From positions 1-55,905 of the forward strand of contig DWYS01000033.1 in assembly GCA_019118585.1 (NCBI GenBank): a stretch of DNA of 55,905 bases, given 5' to 3'. Made by a program: the position numbers and the translations under genes. The notes under the pieces were generated by a model, which saw only the letters and a program-made list of their open reading frames with translations, searched no databases and had not been told where the DNA came from. This DNA comes from Candidatus Enterocloster faecavium. GTDB lineage: Bacteria; Bacillota; Clostridia; Lachnospirales; Lachnospiraceae. This document shows positions 47,878-55,905 of this stretch, in pieces; positions within the stretch are counted from its first letter, which is position 1; each line of letters opens with the position of its first letter.

Positions 47878-49286
47878 GACGTTTTTTCCTCCTGTCCTTC
47901 CAGTTTCTGCGCCTTTACCTGGGACTCCATGTCGTAAACGCCCACTGTATTTTTATTGGAAATCACCGTGATGCTGGTTACATCGTAGAGCCTGTGGTAC
48001 ACCACATGCTCGCCCTGCTCAAATCCGGTGCAGCTCATGCTCAGCAGGTACTCCCCTCCCTGAAGATTCATCTTCTGGGTAAATTCCACCACATAGGAAT
48101 CCCCCGCCTTCACCGGACGGATGTCTGTTCCTTCATATAAGGTATTGGTGCCCGTCAGCTCCGTTCCCTTCTTATCTTTAATCGTATAGGTAAAAATAGG
48201 GGCTTCCAGAGAAGCGTGGAAACGGATGCACTCCCGGATGGTAAACATCTCTCCCTTTAACAGCAGATTGGTGACATTGCCTCTCTCGTCCAGCAGTCCC
48301 AGATCGTAGATCTCCGCCCGTCCATCCCCGTACTCTGTCCGGTCCGGATTGATGGCCAGCTTGTCCCGCATAAGAGTGCCGTCCCCGCCTTCCAGGTCCA
48401 TTCCCCCGGAAAAATCCGACAGTTCCACCTGGCTCTCCTCTCCGGAAACCCCATTTTCCTTCTGCTCCGTTTTCCCGGCGTGTCCCTGCTTTCTCTCCTC
48501 TGCCAGCCGCAGCTCCTCCTTCAAGGCGTCCAGCTTGCCCGCCAGGATCTTCTTGTACATATCCACAATAGGACCGGGCTTGCCCTCCGCGATAAACTCT
48601 CCCTTATTCAAAAGCACTACCCGGTCGCAGTATTTGATGATGCTGCCCATATCGTGGGTCACCATCAGGATGGTGGTACCGCTCTTTCGGATCTCCTCCA
48701 TCCGCCGGTAGCACTTGGACTGGAAAAATACATCTCCCACGGAGAGGGCCTCGTCCACGATCAAGATCTCCGGCTCCACATTGATGGCCAGGGCAAAGGC
48801 CAGGCGGACAAACATACCGCTTGAGTAGGTCTTCACCGGCTGATACACAAAATCTCCGATCTCCGCAAAGTCCAGGATTTCCTGCAGCTTGGCATCCATC
48901 TCCTTTCTGGTGTAGCCCATCATGGTGCCATTCATGTAAATGTTCTCAATGCCGGTGTAGTCCATATTAAAACCCGCCCCCAGCTCCAGAAGGGCGGAAA
49001 TCTTTCCGTCTACCTCCACCTTGCCTGTGGTGGGGGTCAGAACTCCGGTAATGATCTTTAAAATAGTGGATTTTCCGGAGCCATTGGTCCCGATGATCCC
49101 CACGGTCTCCCCCTTTTTCACCTGAAAGGAAAGGCCGTTCAATGCGTAAAAATCTCTGTGATAATTTTTATGGGTAATGCTGACAGTCTCCTTTAAGCGG
49201 TCGATGGGCTTTTCATACAGCCGGTAGACCTTCGTCACATCCTCCACCCGGATTGCCAGACTCTGTTCCTCTTTATTTCCAGACAT
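47874..49286 (-). CDS. wzt: Polysaccharide ABC exporter ATP-binding subunit with Wzt_C carbohydrate-binding domain
   Basis: GTNGSGKST, LLELGAGF, PVKTYSSGMFVRLAF, DEALSVGD, then a 'YGDGRAEI...GEY' C-terminal beta domain. Confidence 0.92.
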   Translation of the reverse strand: MSGNKEEQSLAIRVEDVTKVYRLYEKPIDRLKETVSITHKNYHRDFYALNGLSFQVKKGETVGIIGTNGSGKSTILKIITGVLTPTTGKVEVDGKISALLELGAGFNMDYTGIENIYMNGTMMGYTRKEMDAKLQEILDFAEIGDFVYQPVKTYSSGMFVRLAFALAINVEPEILIVDEALSVGDVFFQSKCYRRMEEIRKSGTTILMVTHDMGSIIKYCDRVVLLNKGEFIAEGKPGPIVDMYKKILAGKLDALKEELRLAEERKQGHAGKTEQKENGVSGEESQVELSDFSGGMDLEGGDGTLMRDKLAINPDRTEYGDGRAEIYDLGLLDERGNVTNLLLKGEMFTIRECIRFHASLEAPIFTYTIKDKKGTELTGTNTLYEGTDIRPVKAGDSYVVEFTQKMNLQGGEYLLSMSCTGFEQGEHVVYHRLYDVTSITVISNKNTVGVYDMESQVKAQKLEGQEEKTS

Positions 49287-49536
49287 GCTTCATTCTTCCT
49301 CGTTTTTCATTAATCGCAGATTCACCCACTTTAGGCATAAGTATAGCATAGAACCCGAAAATTTAATACCACTTTTAAAAAATGTTAAGATTTCGGCCTC
49401 CTTGCCTTTTGGGAACTTTTGTGCTATATCAATTATGGTGACTTGGTCACAGATGCGGCCGTTAAAATATAGTATAGTAGAGCCATCGATACGAAATACT
49501 AAAAGAATCACATAGAAAGATACGGAGGAATGAATT

Positions 49537-49854
49537 ATGGCATTAGAACATCTGACAAGCAGCAATTTCAACGAGAAGATCAAAGCGTCCGGCGTTGTGG
49601 TAGTAGACTTCTTCGCAACCTGGTGCGGACCCTGCAAGATGCTGGCTCCCGTTTTGGAGCAGGCAGCAGACCAGATGAAGGACGTATCCTTTTATAAGGT
49701 AGACATTGACGAGGAGCAGGAGCTGACCAACCAGTTCAAGATCATGTCCGTTCCCACCCTTCTGTTCTTCAAGGATGGAAACCTGGTTGTCCAGAACAGC
49801 GGTCTGATCCGCATGTCTGAGCTGGAGCAGCTGATCGCAAAGGCCCGCGGATAA
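49537..49854 (+). CDS. trxA: Thioredoxin
   Basis: DFFATWCGPCK active site; MSVPT cis-Pro motif; GGAGG RBS. Confidence 0.95.
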   Translation: MALEHLTSSNFNEKIKASGVVVVDFFATWCGPCKMLAPVLEQAADQMKDVSFYKVDIDEEQELTNQFKIMSVPTLLFFKDGNLVVQNSGLIRMSELEQLIAKARG

Positions 49855-49890
49855 CGCGATATTTTCTTTAAATACGAAGTTTTAAGCATG

Positions 49891-49932
49891 AAAACGCCGG
49901 AACAGCTTCCACAAGTTGTCCCGGCGCTCTTT
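49891..49932. terminator. Terminator between the convergent trxA and ECF operon
   Basis: CGCCGGAACAGCTT/AAGTTGTCCCGGCG stem flanked by A/T runs. Confidence 0.6.
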
Positions 49933-49948
49933 CTGTTCTTGTTCCTGT

Positions 49949-50698
49949 TTAGTAGTGCAGCAGCACAAGTCCTGCCCCGATGGCCCCGTTTAAGGCCGCC
50001 AGAAACACCACATCGTACCAGTGTACCCTGGTGATATAATAATAGGTCCGTTTTCCATCCCCGTCGAATCCCTTGGATTCCATCGCCATAGCGATGCTCT
50101 CCGACCAGCGCAGGCAGTTGACCATAGCCGCAAAGAGCGGTTTGGTGGAAAAAAGCCCCGTTTTCATGCCCCGGACAGAAAAAGCCAGTTTGGCATTGCG
50201 GTACTCCTCCCCGATGTGGGGCATCAGGTGAAAAGCCGCCAGAATTCCATAGGCGAACTTGGGCTTCAGCCCGCACTGATGCATCAGGCTCTGGATAAAC
50301 AGCTCCCCGTCGGTGGTCAGGGAAAAGAGAATCCCCAGCATGGCAAAGGCCATGACGCGGGTGGAAAGCTGCATGGCGTTGTACACCGACAGGCTGGAGT
50401 TCATGGCTACCTGGAAATTTTCAGATCCGGCCACGCTTCCCCCGGTACCGCTGGAGTGAAGCAGACCTGTCATAAACAGGCTGGCAGCGGCAATGAAGGC
50501 AGGGATCAGAATCTTTCCCATGGTGGAAAGCCTGGCCCTGGAGAAAAACAGGAGCAGCACCAGACACAAACCGCAGACTGCCAGATTCAGGGTGACCAGG
50601 TAGGAAAAAGCCAGGATCAAACCCGCGATCAAAATGGCCACCGCCTTTAAAAATGGATTCAGTCCGTTCATAAAACGTGCATCAATTCTCTGCTCCAT
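49949..50698 (-). CDS. ECF transporter transmembrane T component (YkoC-like)
   Basis: 'LNP..K' start, 'SVRG' and 'AMESKGF' Arg motifs of EcfT. Start at 50698 (GGAGG RBS) or 50722. Confidence 0.88.
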   Translation of the reverse strand: MEQRIDARFMNGLNPFLKAVAILIAGLILAFSYLVTLNLAVCGLCLVLLLFFSRARLSTMGKILIPAFIAAASLFMTGLLHSSGTGGSVAGSENFQVAMNSSLSVYNAMQLSTRVMAFAMLGILFSLTTDGELFIQSLMHQCGLKPKFAYGILAAFHLMPHIGEEYRNAKLAFSVRGMKTGLFSTKPLFAAMVNCLRWSESIAMAMESKGFDGDGKRTYYYITRVHWYDVVFLAALNGAIGAGLVLLHY

Positions 50699-52193
50699 TT
50701 TGCCCTCCTTTCTCCTGCTCATCGCTTGAAACCCGAACCAGCTTCCGGTCCTTCACTTCATAAATCACGCTGCTGACCGCATGGGCAAGGGCACGGTCAT
50801 GGGTCGCCATCAGCACCGTAAGCCCATCTCTTCTGACCTTTTCCTGAAGCTCCTCCATAATTGCCATGGTGGACCGGTAATCCTGACCATAAGTAGGCTC
50901 ATCCAGCAGCAAAAATTCCTGATTTCCTGCCAGGGACGCCAGCACGGCAAGGCGCCTCTGCTGTCCCTGGCTGAGCATATAAGGGGAATATTTCCGGTAT
51001 TGTCCCAGCCCATAGCTCCTGAGCTGTTCCTCCACCTGCTCCTTTTGCTCTTTTTCATCTTTCTGAGGCTGCCAGCGGCGGTAACTCTCCTCTACTTCCT
51101 GATACACATTCTGAGTAATAAACTGATTTCCCGGATTCTGAAATACAATTCCCATATGAAGGAACCGTTCCTTGGGCCGGACAGAAGAAATTTCCTTCAG
51201 CCCTCCGCCAAAATCCGCCTTGATCGAACCTCCGTAGGCCCCTTTCCCCAAAAGCGTGTAAAATAAAGTGGTTTTTCCACATCCGGACGGTCCCAGCAGG
51301 GCAGTGATCCTCCCCTTCGGGATCACTGCACACGCTTCATCCAGCAATCCCTTTACCGAGGCCTTTTCCAGTACCAGAGCCGGCACCTCCGCTCCTTCCT
51401 CCTGCACCTTTTGTTCATAACGGCCCGGATAATAAAGTCCCTCCCGGTCGAATAGGGAGCGATGGCTTTCAAAATTTTCCCGGTTAATTCCCCTCTCCAG
51501 TATCTTGCCGCCCTTTCCCATCACGATGATCTCATCCGCCGCCGGCAGCCAGTAATCCAGGCGGTGGTCAATGGCTGCTACCGTAAGCCCTTGCTCCCGG
51601 TTCTGACGCACGATCCACTGAACAATTTCCCTTGCACCATCCTCATCAATGTTGGCAAAGGGTTCATCCATCAATATGGCTTTTGAACCCAGCAGAAAAA
51701 GGCAAGTCAAAGCAGCCTTCTGCTTTTCCCCTCCGGACAGCGTATAGAGCTTCCGGTCCAGAAAAGGCGTCATATCCATTTTTCCGGCCCACCGCTCCAC
51801 TTCTTCATCCATCTTTTCTACCGGCACACAGATATTTTCCAGGCAGAAACGCAGCTCCTTGCGAAGCGTATCCATACAGAACTGCAGATCCGGATTCTGA
51901 AACATCATGGACAGATAACGGCTCCTGGCCGCCGGACTCATCTCTCCTGCCGGCTGGCCGAACAGGCGGACCTGGCCCGAGGACAAGATCCCTCCGTTCT
52001 CCGGGTACAAGCCGTCAGCTACTGCCGCCATAGTGCTCTTGCCGCAGCCGCTGTTTCCCGCGATCACGGTTATTTTCCCCTGCGGGATCCGAATGCTGGC
52101 ATCCTCCAGCACATTGTGCTTCCCGTGCTCAAAATACCGGAAGGTCACATGCTCCAGCTCTATGGCCGGAACAGATGTAGGAATTTGATCCAT
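50682..52193 (-). CDS. ECF transporter duplicated ABC ATPase (YkoD-like)
   Basis: Two Walker A motifs (GNSGCGKST, GPSGCGKTT), FQNP twice, LSGGEKQK and LSQGQQRR, DEPTYGQD. Start ATG 52193 behind AGGAG. Confidence 0.9.
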   Translation of the reverse strand: MDQIPTSVPAIELEHVTFRYFEHGKHNVLEDASIRIPQGKITVIAGNSGCGKSTMAAVADGLYPENGGILSSGQVRLFGQPAGEMSPAARSRYLSMMFQNPDLQFCMDTLRKELRFCLENICVPVEKMDEEVERWAGKMDMTPFLDRKLYTLSGGEKQKAALTCLFLLGSKAILMDEPFANIDEDGAREIVQWIVRQNREQGLTVAAIDHRLDYWLPAADEIIVMGKGGKILERGINRENFESHRSLFDREGLYYPGRYEQKVQEEGAEVPALVLEKASVKGLLDEACAVIPKGRITALLGPSGCGKTTLFYTLLGKGAYGGSIKADFGGGLKEISSVRPKERFLHMGIVFQNPGNQFITQNVYQEVEESYRRWQPQKDEKEQKEQVEEQLRSYGLGQYRKYSPYMLSQGQQRRLAVLASLAGNQEFLLLDEPTYGQDYRSTMAIMEELQEKVRRDGLTVLMATHDRALAHAVSSVIYEVKDRKLVRVSSDEQEKGGQNGAEN

Positions 52194-52209
52194 CTTGCTC
52201 TCCTGCCTT

Positions 52210-52806
52210 TTAGTCCTCGTCAAAATTGTCGTACTGCTGTCCAATTGCATAGCCCTTCAGAACTCCGGCTTTTGCCAGTCCATCCGCCAGCTTCTTGGTA
52301 ATCACCCCGCAGAACAGCAGAGAGCTCAGCAGACGGATCACCAGCATAACCACGACCAGCCACAAATCCAGCTTATAGTAAGCGGATGTGTATATATTCC
52401 AGATAAAGCTGATGATCGTCGTTGTGGTGGAGGAGATCAGGACCGTCTTCATATCGTACTTTTTATACCCGCCGATGGCAAATCCAATCTCCGTTCCGAT
52501 CCCCTGAAAGAATCCGGTCAGAAATACTCTGGGGCCAAACATATTTCCCATCAGTACCTCCAGCAGAGCAGCCAGCATCTCCGCCACCACACCGGTTCCA
52601 GGCTTGCGGATCACATACAGGGCAAACATGCCCGCCATAAACCAGATTCCATATATAGGCTCATAGCCGGCCGCTCCCATTCCGAACGGGGCAAGCGCCG
52701 TACACAGGGCAGTCCCCACATAAACCATTCCCAGATACAAAAAGGAGAACAGTACTCCCGCAATTCCTACCATCAAAATGTCCTTCAGTTTCCAGTCGAA
52801 TTTCAT
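52210..52806 (-). CDS. ECF S component for thiamine/HMP (YkoE-like)
   Basis: W.LKDI, YGIWFMA, IRKPG, E.LMGN.FG, QG.G.E motifs; lies under a TPP riboswitch. Confidence 0.88.
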   Translation of the reverse strand: MKFDWKLKDILMVGIAGVLFSFLYLGMVYVGTALCTALAPFGMGAAGYEPIYGIWFMAGMFALYVIRKPGTGVVAEMLAALLEVLMGNMFGPRVFLTGFFQGIGTEIGFAIGGYKKYDMKTVLISSTTTTIISFIWNIYTSAYYKLDLWLVVVMLVIRLLSSLLFCGVITKKLADGLAKAGVLKGYAIGQQYDNFDED

Positions 52807-52852
52807 AATCTTCCATTCCTTTCCAATTTCTTCTGTCTGTTTTTCCGTCTGC

Positions 52853-53488
52853 TTATTCCGCCGTGGGGCTGTTGACCGACAAGGTGATTTCCAGAATATA
52901 ATGGCTCAGATTTGCCCCGCAGTAGGCAGTCGCCTTGTCAAAGTAGGCAAATAGGTCCTGCACATCTCCCTCCAGAATGGTGGCGTAATGGGAGGATTTT
53001 TCATATACGCCGCAGTCGATGGCCATGTTCACCACATCCGCAATATACTTCATATAATCCGGTACTCCCATTGGATAAAGGGCGATCTTGCAGGCTACCG
53101 GAAAATGGATATCTTTGATCTCCGGCTCGTTGAGCAGCACATCATCCTCCGCCAGAAAGCTCTCCGCATCCGTGTCGCCGGGACAGCCCTTGGAAACAGT
53201 GGCTTCCATGGTCATATGAACGCCCTCATGGTAGGCATGGACCATGCAGGCCTTTACCGCATCCAGCACATGCTCCCGCTTTCCCCGGTAGATGGTGGAA
53301 AGCTTGTCCGTGGTGGACCACACCTTGTCCGTATGTACTTTCTCAATGGCACCTAAAATCACATCCACGAAACGGTCCGTCATAGGGGAAAGAGAAAAGC
53401 GGCAGCCGGTAATCTCCTTCGTGGCCCCGCTGCAGCCGCAGGCGCAGGAACCGTAGGTTACATATGGTTTCTTTTCTTTTTCAGACAT
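52853..53488 (-). CDS. ykoF: YkoF-family thiamine/HMP-binding protein
   Basis: GCRFSLSPM..F...IL, TD.LST..RG, SKGCPGD, ALYPMG and C-terminal S.NSPT. Confidence 0.88.
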   Translation of the reverse strand: MSEKEKKPYVTYGSCACGCSGATKEITGCRFSLSPMTDRFVDVILGAIEKVHTDKVWSTTDKLSTIYRGKREHVLDAVKACMVHAYHEGVHMTMEATVSKGCPGDTDAESFLAEDDVLLNEPEIKDIHFPVACKIALYPMGVPDYMKYIADVVNMAIDCGVYEKSSHYATILEGDVQDLFAYFDKATAYCGANLSHYILEITLSVNSPTAE

Positions 53489-53547
53489 AAAAATAAGCCT
53501 CCTTTAAATTCCCGCGATTCTCGCAGCAAAAGAGGCTTTTCTTCGTC

Positions 53548-53637
53548 TTTCACTCCCTACGCCGGTGTGAACCGGATCAGGTTAACGGGTCCGGCTTAAA
53601 AGCCGTCTCAGCCGCTGTGCGACACCCCGGGAAAATT
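53548..53637 (-). promoter_or_regulatory. TPP riboswitch
   Basis: Minus strand GGGGTG..CTGAGA..ACCCGTTAACCTGATCCGGTTCACACCGGCGTAGGGA, the canonical THI-box, upstream of ykoF. Confidence 0.95.
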
Positions 53638-53674
53638 TCTATTTTAATTGGAACCAATTTACTTACGGTTCCTA

Positions 53675-53703
53675 ATTATAGTACCATCTTCCAGAAAATG
53701 CAA
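53675..53703 (-). promoter_or_regulatory. Sigma-A promoter of the thiamine ECF operon
   Basis: Minus strand TTGCAT-N17-TATAAT. Confidence 0.7.
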
Positions 53704-53725
53704 GTTTTTTGTGGTCTCTGCGTAC

Positions 53726-53761
53726 AAAAAAACCCCGGGAGAGCAAATGCTCCTCCAGGGC
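53726..53761 (-). terminator. tuf terminator
   Basis: CCCTGGAGGAGCA/TGCTCTCCCGGGG imperfect stem followed by a T-run on the minus strand. Confidence 0.7.
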
Positions 53762-53832
53762 TTAATTTACGCTTGGACACCGGTTTTCCCGTCCGGGAAA
53801 ACCTTATATGATGATGATCGATTCAGTCGAAA

Positions 53833-55026
53833 TTACTCAAGGATGGAAACAACTCTTCCGGAACCAACGGTTCTGCCGCCCTCACGGATAGCGAAACGAA
53901 GTCCCTGCTCCATCGCTACGGGATGGATCAGCTCAACGGTCATCTCTACGTTGTCGCCGGGCATGCACATCTCAACGCCAGCAGGCAGCTCGCAAACGCC
54001 GGTAACGTCGGTTGTTCTGAAGTAGAACTGCGGACGATAGTTGTTGAAGAAAGGAGTATGACGGCCGCCCTCGTCCTTGGTCAGTACGTACACCTGAGCG
54101 GTGAACTTGTGATGGCAATGAACGGAGCCGGGCTTGCACAGACACTGTCCTCTCTCGATCTCGGTTCTCTGTACGCCACGCAGCAGAGCGCCGATGTTGT
54201 CACCAGCCTGAGCCTGATCCAGCAGCTTACGGAACATCTCGATACCGGTTACAACGGTCTTACGAACATCCTCGTGGATACCAACGATCTCAACCTCGTC
54301 GTTCAGGTTCAGAGTACCACGCTCAACTCTACCGGTAGCAACAGTACCACGGCCAGTGATGGTGAATACGTCCTCAACGGGCATCAGGAAAGGCTTATCG
54401 GTCTCACGAACAGGATCCGGGATATACTCGTCAACAGCCTCCATCAGCTCGATGATCTTGTCGCCCCAGGGTCCCATGGGATCTTCCAGAGCCTTCAGAG
54501 CAGAACCCTGAATGATAGGAGTATCATCGCCCGGGAACTCGTACTCGTTGAGCAGCTCACGGATCTCCATGTCAACCAGCTCTAAGAGCTCAGGATCGTC
54601 AACCATATCGCACTTGTTCATGAATACTACGATATAGGGAACGCCTACCTGACGAGCCAGCAGGATGTGCTCTCTGGTCTGAGCCATAACACCATCGGTA
54701 GCAGCAACAACCAGGATCGCGCCGTCCATCTGAGCAGCACCGGTGATCATGTTCTTAACGTAGTCAGCATGTCCGGGGCAGTCAACGTGAGCGTAGTGAC
54801 GCTTGGGAGTCTCGTACTCAACGTGTGCGGTAGAGATGGTGATTCCACGCTCTCTCTCCTCGGGAGCCTTATCGATATTCTCAAATGCAACAGCCTCGCC
54901 AGTGCCGTATCTCTCATGCAGAGTCTTGGTGATAGCAGCTGTCAGAGTTGTTTTACCATGGTCAACGTGTCCAATGGTACCAATGTTACAATGGGGTTTC
55001 GTTCTTTCAAACTTAGCTTTAGCCAT
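53833..55026 (-). CDS. tuf: Elongation factor Tu
   Basis: [37 protein letters not shown]. Confidence 0.99.
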   Translation of the reverse strand: MAKAKFERTKPHCNIGTIGHVDHGKTTLTAAITKTLHERYGTGEAVAFENIDKAPEERERGITISTAHVEYETPKRHYAHVDCPGHADYVKNMITGAAQMDGAILVVAATDGVMAQTREHILLARQVGVPYIVVFMNKCDMVDDPELLELVDMEIRELLNEYEFPGDDTPIIQGSALKALEDPMGPWGDKIIELMEAVDEYIPDPVRETDKPFLMPVEDVFTITGRGTVATGRVERGTLNLNDEVEIVGIHEDVRKTVVTGIEMFRKLLDQAQAGDNIGALLRGVQRTEIERGQCLCKPGSVHCHHKFTAQVYVLTKDEGGRHTPFFNNYRPQFYFRTTDVTGVCELPAGVEMCMPGDNVEMTVELIHPVAMEQGLRFAIREGGRTVGSGRVVSILE

Positions 55027-55101
55027 TTTATAACGTCCTCCTTAATTTGCGCCCTTATTTATTTCTGTCGGGCTATTATATTTAGTTTCAGGCTGTTTAT
55101 C

Positions 55102-55130
55102 ATTATATTCTATTTTCCTTTGATTTACAA
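55102..55130 (-). promoter_or_regulatory. Internal promoter between fusA and tuf
   Basis: Minus strand TTGTAA-N17-TATAAT. Confidence 0.6.
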
Positions 55131-55142
55131 GCCTTTTATCAC

Positions 55143-55905
55143 TTATTTCTTAACGTCGGAAAGCACTTTCTCCTGTACGCTCTTGGGAACCGGCTCATAG
55201 CGGTCAAAGAACATGGAGTAGTTGCCGCGGCCCTGAGTTCTGGAACGAAGGTCAGTGGAATAACCAAACATCTCAGAAAGAGGTACATAAGCCTTAACCA
55301 TCTTTCCTCCGCCGATATCCTCCATACCTTCGATGCGGCCTCTGCGGGAGTTGATGTCGCCGATTACATCGCCCATGTATTCCTCGGGCATGGTAACCTC
55401 AACCTTCATGATGGGCTCCAGCAGAATGGGGTTGCCCTTCTTCATCGCATCCTTGAATGCCATGGAACCGGCAATGTGGAATGCCATCTCAGAAGAGTCT
55501 ACCTCATGGTAGGAACCATCGTACACATCTGCGCATACGCCCAGTACGGGGAATCCGCCCAGCACACCAGTCTTGGCTGCTTCCTCAATACCCTCGCCAA
55601 CTGCGGGGATGTATTCCTTCGGAATGGCGCCGCCCACAACAGAGGAGGTGAACTTGAAGGTCTCCTCGCCGTTGGGATCCATAGGTGTGAAGTGTACTTT
55701 ACAGTGACCGTACTGTCCGCGTCCGCCGGACTGTCTCGCGTACTTGCTGTCCACGTCAACAGCCTTGGTAAAGGTCTCCTTGTAAGCAACCTGAGGAGCG
55801 CCTACGTTAGCCTCTACATTGAACTCACGCAGCAGACGGTCTACGATAATATCCAGATGCAGCTCGCCCATACCGGAGATAATGGTCTGGCCTGTCTCCT
55901 CGTCC
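55143..55905 (-). CDS. fusA: Elongation factor G, 3' portion (gene begins beyond the window)
   Basis: [52 protein letters not shown]; the frame is open to the window edge. Confidence 0.98.
   Translation of the reverse strand, partial: DEETGQTIISGMGELHLDIIVDRLLREFNVEANVGAPQVAYKETFTKAVDVDSKYARQSGGRGQYGHCKVHFTPMDPNGEETFKFTSSVVGGAIPKEYIPAVGEGIEEAAKTGVLGGFPVLGVCADVYDGSYHEVDSSEMAFHIAGSMAFKDAMKKGNPILLEPIMKVEVTMPEEYMGDVIGDINSRRGRIEGMEDIGGGKMVKAYVPLSEMFGYSTDLRSRTQGRGNYSMFFDRYEPVPKSVQEKVLSDVKK

Noticed and set aside
31046-49500. Glycan locus as an island integrated at tRNA-Arg
   Set aside because: No integrase, no duplicated tRNA 3' end seen, and composition resembles the flanking core genes.
1-55905. 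CRISPR array, cas genes, IS elements, prophage or rRNA
   Set aside because: No regularly spaced repeat-spacer units, transposase, integrase, phage genes or rRNA-like sequence were seen.

Overview
A chromosomal window from a spore-forming Firmicute, most consistent with Clostridia/Lachnospiraceae (inferred from gene content). Almost all genes lie on the minus strand, downstream of fusA-tuf at the right end. In coordinate order it holds: a SpoIIM-like gene with a SigE-type promoter, a NUDIX hydrolase, proC, lysA, pyk, a rhomboid-like membrane protein and corA; a decayed accessory islet (hsdS fragment, intact Phd antitoxin, truncated Doc toxin); a cell-wall-binding-repeat protein, a fused acyl-CoA dehydratase activase protein, glyA, an acidic lipoprotein, recJ and brnQ; a probable murein-peptide uptake and catabolism cluster (two YfcC paralogs, an amidohydrolase, an S66 LD-carboxypeptidase, Opp/Dpp ABC genes and a divergent DppA); tRNA-Arg(ACG); an ~18 kb surface-glycan locus (Wzt, ManC, phosphomutase, a 1306-aa methyltransferase/kinase-like/coiled-coil/GT2/GT4 protein, GT-C-like membrane proteins, rfbFGH, LicD, GtrB-like GT); thioredoxin; and a TPP-riboswitch-controlled ykoFEDC thiamine ECF operon. 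The strongest signal missing from the ORF track is an apparently complete par/Fst-like type I toxin-antitoxin module at 31213-31532. It comprises a 28-aa toxin, a convergent ~70-nt antitoxin RNA, a shared terminator and direct repeats over the toxin start codon. Next best are a uORF/terminator attenuator candidate ahead of the opp operon and a switch-like RNA structure ahead of lysA. All assignments come from motif recognition by eye; no database searches were run.
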